64,000 nt of DNA from the NCBI GenBank assembly GCA_965202585.1, contig OZ241828.1, positions 40,796,001 through 40,860,000 on the forward strand. The letters run 5' to 3'. The notes under the pieces were generated by a model that worked only from the letters and a program-made list of their open reading frames with translations, had not been told where the DNA came from and searched no databases. The stretch's first letter is position 1. Each line of letters starts with the position of its first letter. Source of the stretch: Thalia democratica (lineage: Eukaryota). Of this stretch, positions 25,301 to 36,726 are shown piece after piece. The position numbers were made by a program, and so were the translations under genes.

Positions 25301-26484
25301 AATTTAAAGGTTTTCAACACTAATTTTATATAACACTTTTTAATTATGAACAAAACTATGATCAATTTATTGACGCAAATGTAAAACTTTAGAACAAAAC
25401 TGTTCATAACTTATTAATTTAAACACTTCAATCACTTCAAACTAGTGTTTAGTAGTTTAGAGTTTCTCAAAAAGCACACATACAATATGCATAACTAAAT
25501 ACTTAGTTCTTAATGCTACGTTTCAATTTCGTTAGTTTTTTTTTTGAATTGAAAATAATAATAATTTGGTTTACTTGCATTGCTTTTTAATACATTTTTT
25601 AGGAACTAGTTGCATTTTAAATTACAAAAATTGTCAGTGATCAATGCACTCTTTAGTTAGTTTAAACTATTCTGTTAAATTAACCTCCTGTAGCTAAGGT
25701 TTTTTTTATTAATTAAATAAGTCAATAATAGGGTTGATCACGCCAATTCGATCATCAGACTACAAGTTTCGGTAGACTGAGACCGGTTTCGTCCTTATTA
25801 GGACTCATCAGTCAGTCACAACCGAAAAACCTGTAGTCATCAATCTACAAACGGTTTATCATGCTTTCACATGAATCAACCACTTGCTAGCAATGATCAG
25901 TGACGTCACTGATCATTGCTAGCAAGTGGTTGATTCATGTGAAAGCATCATAAACCGTTTGTAGATTGACGACTACAGGTTTTTCGGTTGTGACTGACTG
26001 ATGAGTCCTAATAAGGACGAAACCGGTCTCAGTCTACCGAAACTTGTAGTCTGATGATCGAATTGGCGTGATCAACCCTATTGTTAAACTTGAGCTTATC
26101 TCACGTTGTTAAATAAGTCAATTTTTTCTATTTAAACAAACTTTTAAAAGCTTACAAACACATTTGATAAACAAAAATTTTAGTAGTTTTCAAGAAAAAA
26201 GATTTACAAATAGTTGCCATGACCATCAAACTTGTTTATTTAAAACTTATAAATATCCTACAGCTTAATTTAACTTCAAGTAAAACTTAGCATTTGCGTT
26301 AAAAGTCCTTTCCCTTATTTACCATAAAGTTAGTAAACGCGTTGCAATATACCTTCATAGATTTAATAGCATCAGCGGCCTCTGATACTTCTCTGATCTG
26401 TATAAACTCCGATGTTGTTGGAAGTAACAACTGATTTAAAATTTTTAGACTTCCTTCGCTGTAATCAATAGCCTTTAAAACCAT
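19196..26484 (-). CDS. MRI1: Methylthioribose-1-phosphate isomerase, 6 coding exons, 349 aa
   Basis: Exons 26353-26484, 22621-22856, 21755-21924, 21065-21241, 19923-20147, 19196-19305 total 1050 nt with GT-AG introns and consistent phases; motifs [64 protein letters not shown]. Confidence 0.95.
19923..20147 (-). CDS. MRI1: MRI1 exon 5
   Basis: [40 protein letters not shown]...; CTGACAG acceptor, GTAAGC donor. Confidence 0.95.
21065..21241 (-). CDS. MRI1: MRI1 exon 4
   Basis: GVIRSL...[37 protein letters not shown]; not in the supplied ORF track. Confidence 0.92.
21755..21924 (-). CDS. MRI1: MRI1 exon 3
   Basis: [23 protein letters not shown]...[20 protein letters not shown]. Confidence 0.92.
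22621..22856 (-). CDS. MRI1: MRI1 exon 2
   Basis: [17 protein letters not shown]...ARPTAVNM; TTCACAG acceptor, GTAAGT donor. Confidence 0.93.
23351..24317 (-). mobile_element. 5'-truncated PLE fragment (Cys-rich linker plus GIY-YIG endonuclease, frameshifted) with inverted duplication of its 3' end
   Basis: Minus strand, after frameshift repair: [16 protein letters not shown]...IIYRATV...FCIGF(C)[14 protein letters not shown]...ETELSTYV...LTWEVIK...CRLCLKE...[12 protein letters not shown]; arms 23351-23631 and 24025-24317 are reverse complements. Confidence 0.85.
25775..25817 (-). ncRNA. Minimal type I hammerhead ribozyme (minus-strand mirror copy)
   Basis: Exact reverse complement of 25992-26034; lies on the MRI1 pre-mRNA strand. 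Confidence 0.85.
25992..26034 (+). ncRNA. Minimal type I hammerhead ribozyme
   Basis: GACTGA-CTGATGA-GTCC-TAATAA-GGAC-GAAA-CCG-GTC-TCAGTC: stem I GACTGA/TCAGTC (extendable by TTTCGGT/ACCGAAA and GACTACA/TGTAGTC), full core, stem II GTCC/GGAC, very short palindromic stem III ACCGGT; predicted cleavage after C26028. Confidence 0.88.
26353..26484 (-). CDS. MRI1: MRI1 exon 1
   Basis: [22 protein letters not shown]...DAIKSMK; donor GTATAT. Confidence 0.9.
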
Positions 26485-27670
26485 TTTACTAGTAAATTTC
26501 TGTAGTGTTTTATAAGAAAAAAGTAAAGCGAATAATCAAGTATCACCCAATAAAGTATATTTTATGACAATATTTATTTCAAGAAAAAGAAGCACAAAAA
26601 AACTATTTTGAGGAATGGAATAACGACTTTTTAAAAGTTTAGTAAATTTTTAAAACGATATATTTAAGTAGATTAAGTTTAATCTAACATAAAACTACAA
26701 AAAAAAACTACATAAATATTAAGTATAAACGTTTTTTCTAGATTAAATTAAGTATGTCTAAGTATAACTAGTCAGTACTTTGTTTACTCTATAATTCAAT
26801 TCATAAAAGAACATTTTAACTTAATAACAATGTGATTGAAAATGATTAAAATAAGTAGTTTTTAAGTGATGAACTTAAAAATTTCAGATTGCAGCATACA
26901 TGAAAAAATCATTGTAACAAACTTTAGATCATGCACTGGTCTATACATAAATATTTTTAAAAATTCAAGTTATAGCTTAATATTAAACTTACACTGACAA
27001 TTTTTATCAAGTTCGAATAATTGTAGGTAAAGCAAAAACAACACTTTTTATTTCTTACTATTTACATGTTTAGTTTATACTATACATGTATAGAATTATA
27101 ATTTGTTTACATTATATCAAAGACTAATAGTTATCACTACCAATAATAACAATTCAGTAGTATGAAAAAGTAGTGATTTAGCTCACAACTTAAATTGTAA
27201 TGTTAAAATTGTTTAAACTGCTCGTTTTAAAAACAAAATAATATATATAGTCATATTACTTATCAAAACGTGTGTTTGTAAAACTTAGATGAAAAAATCA
27301 AAATCAGTGAGTAAATTTGAACAACAATTATTACAACTTAAAATTGGTTCTTATATTTAAAACAGCTCTGTACATAACAAACAGTATAGAAAGTTATGTA
27401 ATAGATTTTGTCTTTTATATTAACAAAAACCAAAAAAACCTTTTTTTCATGCAGTTATAAAAATACGATTCATTTATTATAATTGAACAATTTAAAGACT
27501 TTAAACTCTTTAAAGGACAATGAATTTGTATTGTTGTGTTTAATTTAAACAGTCTGCACATAAACAATCGCTTAACCCTTATAAAAATGATAAAAAAAAT
27601 ATATGTAATTTTAAAGATAAATTTCACAAAAAAATTTGCATGAATGAGCACAAAAAATTGCAGGAAATGT

Positions 27671-30079
27671 TTATAGTTTAAGTTGAAAGATTGGGTCATC
27701 TACATTTCCTTCAGCAACCAAAGTTTCTTTCCGGTCATTTATATGTCTAATTGTGTTGTCGAAATGCATCTTAATCATTTCATTTTCGTTTTCATCTGAA
27801 ATTTCAGGAAGCTCTTCGCGAATTTTCTCAATAAGTTGACCAATGATATCATATGTGATCGTGTCACAACCATGCTCCACAAAATAAAGGTACTTGTTAA
27901 GAATTTCAACAAACAGTTGGAGTTGCATTGCTGATTCCATGCATTGATTTGCTGTTTTCACGGCTTTTTTCAAGCACTCTGCAACTCTTTTTCCGTCTCT
28001 CATTTCCTCTCCACCAGTTTCTTGTGTTTTTCCTGACCAAAAAAGATGAGCAACGTGAGCAACTGCACGACACTGATCAGGTTTCTTTAGCAGCCTGGAT
28101 GCAGCATGAGCACATTGAGTGCGCAGTGGGGCATGATTCTCTTCACTGAAGCATGTACACTTTTCTACAGTGCTAACAAAAAGCAACACAGCTGCTAACT
28201 GCGCTCTACTGTCATTAATGTCTTCTTCATAAATGGAAAAAGCTTGTGACATAAATTCATATGCTATAGCTTCGTGATTGTTAAAGCCAAGATGTGAAAC
28301 TGTTAGAGCTCCTTGCAAAAATAAGCGGAATGGTAGATCTGCTTGATCCAAATGCTGGCATAAACTGTTGATTATAGATCGACAAGTTTCAAATAGCTTC
28401 TTACACTTCTTTTGCCAGTTTTCATTTTCATCTTTACTCTCTTTGTATCTAGAAGCTAGCTTATATAGAGCAAATACAACAGCTGGCAAAGTTATGACCA
28501 TTCTCTTACTTCCGCCTTTTTCGAAGTGAGATATAGCCTTTTTCAGAATAAAGTAATGCTCGTCAGGACTACTGGAGAACAACAAATGAACTAACCTACC
28601 CACTAAACTTTGCTCTTCAGCAAATGTTTCTTCGTCAAACTCTCCATTTGGTTGGTCAGCTTGATCTTGTATCAAAACTGCAACCAACAACATTAAAGCA
28701 TCTGTAAGTTCTGGAGTATCAATGACAGTTTTATTTTCTAAAATATTACTTACTACATTTGTAGCCATCTTTTGACGAGCGTTATAATCAAAGTGATCAA
28801 ACAAAGGCCCATAGTTTTCAAGTTTCAAAACAGTAAGAATGTTGTTATAAACGTCTATAGGCATTTGAAGCAAATTTGACATCTCTCTGCACAAAACAGT
28901 CCCACTATTTACAGTATCTGTACCCCTTTTACCAAAAACTTCAAGAGTTGCACCTAATACCTTATCAACATAATCAATCCTATCTGGATAGCATTTGAAA
29001 GCCAGGTTAATAACAGCAGCTTGCATAGACACTATATCTTCTAACTTCATTGATGGTCGTGCAGAAATAATGTTTGAGACTTGCTTATTAAAAATGTCAA
29101 AAAGTTTTATATCATCTGGAATGCCATTTGAATGGTCCCTTTGAACAAAAAGAGTAAGACGTTCAACCATAGCAATTATAGTATTTTTCACATTTACGTT
29201 TGGATGGAGATTAGCACATGCTTGAAGAAAGCTATCCAGAGTTTGAAGATGAAATTCATCTGGAAAAACTTGAATTATACATTCCATCAAATACTCCTGA
29301 GCAATTGCATCGTTGCACTTAACAACTTGTTCAAGAACTCTTGGCAATACAATTTTTTTGTAGTTGTTGACATCAACACCTTCAAGCTGACTCAACCTAA
29401 CAAGATTAGTACCAACTAAAATCCTTAGCTCTTGTCTTTCTTTTTCACGCTTTTCTCTATCCTTACTGTGGCCTAAATGCTGCATTCTTACCCAAAGCTT
29501 GTTCATTTCAGAAAAGTTTTGGAGTATGAATTCAATAGAATTGTTAACATCTTGCTTCATAGATTCTTTTTCATCTTCATCTGCTTCTGGGTCAATGTCA
29601 GGAAGAACATTTTTTGTGCACTGAAGTAAATAGTTACGCAAAAATAAACCTCTTAAAGGATGCTGAACTCCTCTACACATTTCAACTAGATCTTCAAGAA
29701 TAACTTTACAGGATTTTGACTTGACATTTATGTATACAACACCCATTGTTACAAGCAAATACAGTCTTGGAATAATATTTCCAGCATACTGTACAACTTG
29801 GTACAAGTCTGTTTCAAATTGATTTTTTTTAACTTCTTCTATCAGGTAGTTTTGTAAATGTCTGAGTTCATCACAGATACTCATATATAGCTCATAATAG
29901 TTCTTAGGAGTAAGGTTTGATGTTCTTAATTCTTTAATCATGTCTGATGCATGTTTCAGTCCTTCCAAAACCTTGTTTTTGTCAAGATCTCTCTTCATTT
30001 GAAAACTTTCCATTTTCACATGCTGTACAGCCTCATCAAGCAATCTTTCTTGCTCTTCACTGTTCATTTGTCCACTCAT
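27671..30079 (-). CDS. VPS35: Vacuolar protein sorting-associated protein 35 (retromer core), intronless, 802 aa
   Basis: Full-length ORF with ELRTS-like N-terminus, [88 protein letters not shown]. Confidence 0.97.
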   Translation of the reverse strand: MSGQMNSEEQERLLDEAVQHVKMESFQMKRDLDKNKVLEGLKHASDMIKELRTSNLTPKNYYELYMSICDELRHLQNYLIEEVKKNQFETDLYQVVQYAGNIIPRLYLLVTMGVVYINVKSKSCKVILEDLVEMCRGVQHPLRGLFLRNYLLQCTKNVLPDIDPEADEDEKESMKQDVNNSIEFILQNFSEMNKLWVRMQHLGHSKDREKREKERQELRILVGTNLVRLSQLEGVDVNNYKKIVLPRVLEQVVKCNDAIAQEYLMECIIQVFPDEFHLQTLDSFLQACANLHPNVNVKNTIIAMVERLTLFVQRDHSNGIPDDIKLFDIFNKQVSNIISARPSMKLEDIVSMQAAVINLAFKCYPDRIDYVDKVLGATLEVFGKRGTDTVNSGTVLCREMSNLLQMPIDVYNNILTVLKLENYGPLFDHFDYNARQKMATNVVSNILENKTVIDTPELTDALMLLVAVLIQDQADQPNGEFDEETFAEEQSLVGRLVHLLFSSSPDEHYFILKKAISHFEKGGSKRMVITLPAVVFALYKLASRYKESKDENENWQKKCKKLFETCRSIINSLCQHLDQADLPFRLFLQGALTVSHLGFNNHEAIAYEFMSQAFSIYEEDINDSRAQLAAVLLFVSTVEKCTCFSEENHAPLRTQCAHAASRLLKKPDQCRAVAHVAHLFWSGKTQETGGEEMRDGKRVAECLKKAVKTANQCMESAMQLQLFVEILNKYLYFVEHGCDTITYDIIGQLIEKIREELPEISDENENEMIKMHFDNTIRHINDRKETLVAEGNVDDPIFQLKL

Positions 30080-31089
30080 TTAGAATTAATTAATATTAAA
30101 TTAAATTCTAAAATTAAAGTAAGAAATGTAAAAGTTATTTACATATGTAACAGCAGTAGCTATACATAAAATTGAGTAAAACTTACACCAAAACTAGTAT
30201 TTTTATGATAAACAAAAAATTGTTTATGGACATTAAGCACAAAAAACAATTCTAAAAATTATATTTGTCTATATCTACTTGAACTAAATTGAGGATTGTG
30301 ATAGTTGTTTTACTTTAAAAGAGGAATACAGTAACAAGCACAAAATATTTTTTAATTCAAAACTTGGTTATAAAAAAACATAACTTTAGATAACTAAATA
30401 GATATATTTAGATAATTAAAAACCTTTTTGTTTACTAAACTTCAACTAATAGCTATTATTTGTCATTATAGGTCACAAACTAAAAGTACTTTTTTAGGTT
30501 TTTATTACAAAAGTAGTAAGATAGTACATTGGAATCATGAAGAACTAAGTTAGTTGTACTTGTTACTTACAAAAAACTAAATTAAAAACTTTAAATTTTC
30601 TAATTTTTTTTATAAGTTATAAAGTACATACATAATTTACAAAGTAGCTTTATTTCACAATTTATTTAGAACTTATATACCTTTTTAGTTTGAAAACTTA
30701 TACTTGTCAGACAAACAAACTTAGGTTACATCTTAAAAATTACAAAACATTTAATATAAGGAAAAATAGACATAAAAAACATACTTAATTGATATATACA
30801 TAGAAAAACAATTAAGCAACAATAAAATAGTTTTTCAACAAGTTTGAAGGTTCCCATAAAATTTTAAAAAAAGTCTATATAACTAAAAAATCTTTATCTA
30901 ATATTGTTTATTTTAATAAATTCTATATACTAGAATTCTCTTCTTTTTTTGTATCTTAATTTATTTTCTGTTTTATTTTTCTGTTCTTGAAAGATTTTAA
31001 AATTTTCTAACTTTGTAAAGATACAATTATAAATAATTCTTTTAGCAATAAATTGAACCACACAGCAATCAATCCAAATGACATTCTGC

Positions 31090-31119
31090 GACTTGGTTTT
31101 GTCCTTAGGACTCATCAGG
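31090..31119 (-). ncRNA. Degenerate hammerhead core (GAAA mutated to AAAA)
   Basis: Minus strand CTGATGA-GTCC-TAA-GGAC-AAAAC-CAA-GTC; stem I cut off by the adjacent MITE. Confidence 0.45.
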
Positions 31120-31533
31120 CAGGGGTGCACGACTATTCAAATTCGGACAATTCAAGTTCTTAAAAAAAAATTGAAACAGCTACAAATAAAAAATTAAAGT
31201 ATATCTTTCAAATATAAAAAATAAATATGTAGGTCATATTAATATCTACAAACCCTTTTTTTCATTTTGCAAAACATTAAATATTTTTTAGATATGGCTT
31301 AAATAAAGTAAAAAGTATAGTTATTTTTAGTAATTTTAAAATATCTTGAAAAATATTTTACATTTTGCAAAAAAGAAAAAAGTGGCTTGTAGATATTAAT
31401 AAGATCTACATATGTATATTTTATTTTTTTCAAATTGATATTACTTATTGAGATATAGTTTTTTAAATAATTTTTTAAGAATTTGAATTGTCAAAATTTG
31501 AGTTGTCCAAATTTGAATTGTCATGTAACCAAT
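31120..31533. mobile_element. MITE (hAT-like ends)
   Basis: Left CAGGGGTGCACGACTATTCAAATTCGGACAATTCAA, right TTGAGTTGTCCAAATTTGAATTGTCATGTAACC; no TSD recognised. Confidence 0.55.
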
Positions 31534-33597
31534 TGTCACAATAAATTGTTGTATCAGTCAAATTAAACTTGATTAAAAACTTTTGAATAGAAAAGTTAAG
31601 TTTGTGGATATCAGTTAAGAAAATATGACGAAACTAAATCATCACACAATTTTATGACTTCTATGACAATGTCAGTTTTAATGTGAAATTATTGAAAACA
31701 CTCATCTTTTACTTCATCAGCTTTTAAATAGTAGTGCCTTTTCTGTCAACAAGCTCAATTGTTTTGAATGTGCATTTCAGTTTATTGCTAATTGCTATGG
31801 CAGCAAAACATCTCTGCTTTACAAACAATGGTCAAAAACAATGTTTTTAAAAGATATATTATCATCAAACATTATGGTGTGCATAGAACCTTTCTATAAT
31901 TATCTACTGTGAAGACGTTTTTAAGAGTAGGAGCACTACTGATTTGAACTAGTGTTCATTTTTATATTAAAGCTTATTTTAACAGTAGTTTATTTGTTGA
32001 AATTATTGTAATTTTATAAATTTAAAGTTAAACATATACAGTAAAGTTTGTTTTTAAAAAGTTTTTTTTTTAATACTATATAGTTTTTAAAAAGTTGTTA
32101 AACGTTTTTTTTTTTTAATTTCCAGGTTTTCTAAATTTCTTCCAGGTTTTTGAAAGTACAAGTTTTCTATTACCAATTTAGTATAGAATTGAATTTAAAG
32201 TAAAAAAACTTTCTTAAATAGAATAAAAATATTGAAAAGATACTGTGTTGTTAATTTTTATGTGTTTTATAATATATAAAGTAGTAATTTTTACAAGTAT
32301 TGTAGATGATAAATTTTTTGTACGTAATCAAAATTTTATCATTTTATATGTAAAAACTAGGTTGATTAAAATTCCAGGTTTTCAAGGCTTTTTTGCCTAA
32401 ATTGACAAGTTTAAGGTTTTTTCCAGGAATCAGTTTTTTTTTGCAACCCTGTTATTAAGAAGGGTCTTCAACCTTCTCAAAGGCTGTGAATAGTAACGTA
32501 CTGGAAAATAAATTCTGTACACACTAGACTAGAATTGAAATAAACTATTATTATCGCTAAAGTAACCTATTTTTTATGTTTTGAAAATTGTTAATATACG
32601 TTTTATTTTAATTAACTTTTTCTAGTATAAAAGACAAAACTAACGCCTTAAAAAATTAAAATTTACCTTAAAAAAAATTCTATGAACAATAAAATATCTT
32701 TTTATGTACACTACTGCACACAGGTGCATAGATTAAAGATGACTGTTTTATAGTATAATATTGTATTAAAAAACAAATAAGCAAAATTATTTTGATATAA
32801 ACAGTGTTAAAGTAAGTGCATTCTTAAATAAATCAATATCATGCAATATGTAAAGTAAACACTCTTTAAGTCAAAATACTTTCATGAGTGACCTTAAACT
32901 GTCTTGGGTCATCTTGAGTTTAACAATTCTTAAAAAAATTAATAAACCTTTCAGTATCAATAAAATCAACTTTTTAAACACAACCAGTTATATAATAACA
33001 AAATATTTGAAATTAATAATATAATATATTAGAATTAGATCAACTAAATCACATCCAAGATCTCTTAAAAACTGGCCTAAAGCTTTCAAAAATTAACTAT
33101 CCTGAGATTTTTATAAGAAAGCAAACTGTTTAGAGTCAGCCTAAGTTTTTTGAATTTTCAATATGACCAAGTTATCCTGAGTGCGTGGCAGCTTGATAAC
33201 ACATACCCTCTGAATGCTTTTAAAAGCAGGGTTGCCACTCTTTGAATCACTAAAAAAACTACCTTGAGTCACCTTGAGTTTTTTTTTTGACTACTTATAT
33301 ATTATAAAAAGTTTAATATTTTGACGTTGAGAAATCACATAAATAGACAGCACAAAAAAATTATCTTTCTAGCTTTAAGCTTGTTGGAGCAAATTACTTT
33401 TAAAAATTTTGCTTTATATCGGTATATTTAATAAGGGGAAAAAGACTATTTAACTAAAAATCTATTTTCTCATATGTTTTTTGAGATTTATCTCAAACGT
33501 TTAGGAAATGTTCCATGCCATATTCAGAAAATTATGTCTTAACAAAATTTATTAAAAAAAAATGTTATGCAAAAATAAGAAAAAAATCAGTTATTAA

Positions 33598-34284
33598 GGC
33601 CATAGGGGGTTAAACATATTTTTTTACAAAAATTAACATTGGCTTTTATATGAAAGCTTTAAGTACAAACTACAAGCCAGTTTTTATAGAATTCAAAAAT
33701 ATCATTTAACTTTTGAGATATTAAATTTTTTGTAAAAATTTTTAATATAAACGTATGGACCACAAATTTTTTGGGGTCAATTTTCTCGGAAATTTTAAAA
33801 TTCACTAAAAATCTATTTCTTCCTTCATTTTTTAAGCAATCTTCTTCAAATTTTCAGGAAACGTCCCTTATAATAAAAGAAAAACATGTTACTTTAAAAT
33901 TTTAATAATTTAGAAAAACAAAAATTTTGTCACAAAAATTAAAAAAGAAGTGTTATTTTTCAAAAAAAATATATTTTTACAATTTTTTTTTAATTCCAAA
34001 GTTACGTTTTTTTGTTATTGTATAAAGATTAGACTGTGAAAGTTTAAAGAAGATTGCTTGAAAAATGTAGGAGATAGATTTTAAATGAAATAGTCTTTTT
34101 TTGCTGTTTTAGTTTTCCCTTCCCATATGGGACCTATTATGCGGCCCAAATTTGACTGGTCATATCTCAAAAAATAATTTAAATTTTTCAAAACAACAAA
34201 AAACATCTTGAAGCTTAGAAAAAACTCTATAAAATAAAATCAACTTGTAAAAAACATGGTTTACCCCCCCCCCCCCCTATGGCA
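33598..34284. mobile_element. TTAA-flanked MITE with purine-starting TIRs (Kolobok-like)
   Basis: TTAA|GGCCATAGGGGG ... CCCCCCTATGGCA|TTAA; related sequence continues at 34290-34500 and 35700-35790. Confidence 0.7.
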
Positions 34285-34515
34285 TTAACTTGATGTTGCA
34301 ATTTTAAAAATATTGCAAATAAAAATTCTAGATAAAAAAAGTCCTACATTCAATCTTTCTTAAATTTAATAATGGAATTTCTGTGAAAATTTGAGGAAGA
34401 TTGGTTTAAAAATGAAGGAGAAGATTGATTTTAAATGAAATAGTCTTTTTTTGGGCATTCTAATAGGAACCTAATGAGATCACTGACTTTGATCGCTTAT
34501 ACCTAAAAAATTAGG

Positions 34516-35229
34516 CATGGTTGCCACTCATCAAGATAAGAAAATTTTCCTGACTTTTCCTGACTTTTTACCAAAATTTTCCTGACTTTTCTAAATCAAG
34601 CTCTTAAATTAAACTTATTCTAAAATACATAATCTAACACTTGAAACTATATAAAGCTTCCAATCTAACTTTAATACAGGTTATAAACAATAGTTTTTTG
34701 CTGAATTCTATCATCAAACTTCCAGTAAATCACTTCAACCATCTGTGTATGATTGATGTTTGTAATAAACAGCCCTATAAGCAAAATACTTATATTATTA
34801 CCTTGTAAACACAGCTTGTCTGAAAAAAGAAACATTTTTTTAGCAAATCCTAGCATAAATGTATCTAGATAAACAAACGACATATAAGGAACATTTTGCA
34901 GTTTATTAAAGGATATTTTACTAATTTATACCAGCTGAAGGCATTGGAAATAAAATTAAATATTTTTGTAAATTTCTAGGAAAATTTTGGAATTTTTTTC
35001 TAACTTTAAAGGACTTTTAATTAACTTTTACCACTTGAAGGCTTTGGATAACAAGGAATTTTGTAAATTTAAACTGACAAATTCTGACTTTTTTTTTTTT
35101 TATCAAATTTCCTGACTTTTCCTGACTTTTTTTCAAAACCCCCCATTTTTTCCTGACTTTTGTATTTTTTTCAAATTTTTCCTGACTTTTCCTGATTTCC
35201 TGACTTTTCCTGACCGAGTGGCAACCCTG
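34516..35229. mobile_element. MITE with CAGGGTTGCCACT-type TIRs and TTTTCCTGAC subrepeats
   Basis: CATGGTTGCCACTC / GAGTGGCAACCCTG; flanked by a perfect 6-bp ATTAGG duplication; related ends at 33227, 32451 and 44428. Confidence 0.75.
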
Positions 35230-36612
35230 ATTAGGTAATCAAGTACAAGAAGTCTGCACATAACTTATTGTTATTTTTTTTTTCTTCAATAACTATTACC
35301 AGGGAAAAATAGGCTTCATTACTACCTGTAAAGGTTAGTGTCTTAATTACAAAAAAAAACAATATACATTTAACTATTAATGACATTTTAACTGTGAACG
35401 TTAAGATTAATATAATTTGCATTAAGACAGCCAAATTCTAAATGTTTCAATGACAAAATAAGATAGTGAAAATAAATACAAATTTTCAGTACAATTGTCT
35501 TTGCTTGTTTATACTTATATATTTTTTAATTCAAACTAGTAGAATTTTTGGTAGAGCTAAACAGTTAAGTTTTTATTACCAAATAGATTATTATTTAACA
35601 GTTATAAAAAAACTAATTTAGCAGTTAAAACGCCATTAGAAATTGAAATTACATCAAGTACTTCTGTAAAAAAGACTCTAAGCTTTACAGGTAATACTCC
35701 ATAATCAAAAATTACTTTGAATTTTTTAAGGCCTTAAAAATGTCTAAGATCAACTTGTAAAAATCTTGGTGGACCCCCCTTCCCCCATGCTCTTAGGCCT
35801 TAATGATTCCCTATTAAGATTGACAAATTTACTGCAGATATAGTTATGAAAATGATAATGAAGACCTTTATAAATGGCGCTTTATTTTTAAGTTGATCCA
35901 TTCATTAATCTTAATGTCACATCAACAAATCAAAACTGGTCAAATCTATTTATTTAAAATAATAAACAATTTAATTTAAATTGAGAATTTATAAAAATAT
36001 TCAATAGTAAGTTCATAACTTTATACCATATGTGAAGCTACATTGCTAAAAATAACATTTTTGTTCAAAACAGCACTCTAAGTGCCATCTAAAAAAAAGT
36101 GTATGTTATTTAGTATGTTTAAATAAATAATGTTCTAGGTATTGTTTTTAATTGTAAACTAATTGATAGATTTTTTTTTTTTTGGTCAAAAAACATCAGT
36201 CTCAAACTCTACCCCAACGATAAACGTTTTCTGGGGAAAAGTGAGTGTTTTACATCATATGTAACTTTACCTGCCCAATTAATATTTAACTTTAAATGTA
36301 ATATAATACTATATGATATAGTTAATTTTCACAAATTACTTTGTCAATATTTGTATGCTAATTAAAATTTATTGTTTATATATAAGTATAGGCACTTAAA
36401 CCAAAAATTTATATCATTTATAAAAGTGTAATTTTAAGTTCATGAATTAGTAAATAAATGACAACAAAGGCTTTTTTATTTTGAAAACACATACTCGTTT
36501 TTCCTTAATGTAGATAATTCGTTTTATTTTAAAATTAATTTTGCATTATTTTAAAGTTATTATACATATTGAAAGTGTTACTGATATAGATACTTTTAAC
36601 TTAATCATTACT

Positions 36613-36726
36613 GTCTGGACAAGACTTTAAAAGGTATCCGTGGTGTACGTCTGGATAACTGGAAGGTTCTTCATGCACCAGGTCCTGGGACCAAATATTT
36701 TGATCACTTTTTTGTTGTTCAATAAA
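36613..36726. repeat. About 120-bp dispersed repeat, copy 2
   Basis: Aligns to 8950-9066. Confidence 0.6.

Larger units (their letters stand above)
25727..26108 (+). mobile_element. Young palindromic hammerhead-bearing retroelement (PLE pseudo-LTR / retrozyme-like)
   Basis: Perfect 14-bp TSD TTAAATAAGTCAAT (25713-25726, 26109-26122); 356-bp palindrome 25727-26082 with 2 mismatches and no loop; 26-nt unique tail. Confidence 0.9.

Noticed and set aside
25727-26082. Palindrome as a read fold-back or assembly artefact
   Set aside because: A perfect 14-bp TSD, two arm mismatches and a diverged inverted relative at 12.8 kb argue for a real insertion; still worth confirming with raw reads
31560-31960. 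Possible decayed PLE endonuclease C-terminus upstream of the 31.1-kb hammerhead core
   Set aside because: Resemblance (LSLLTEKALLF...HCHRSHK) is weak and full of stops
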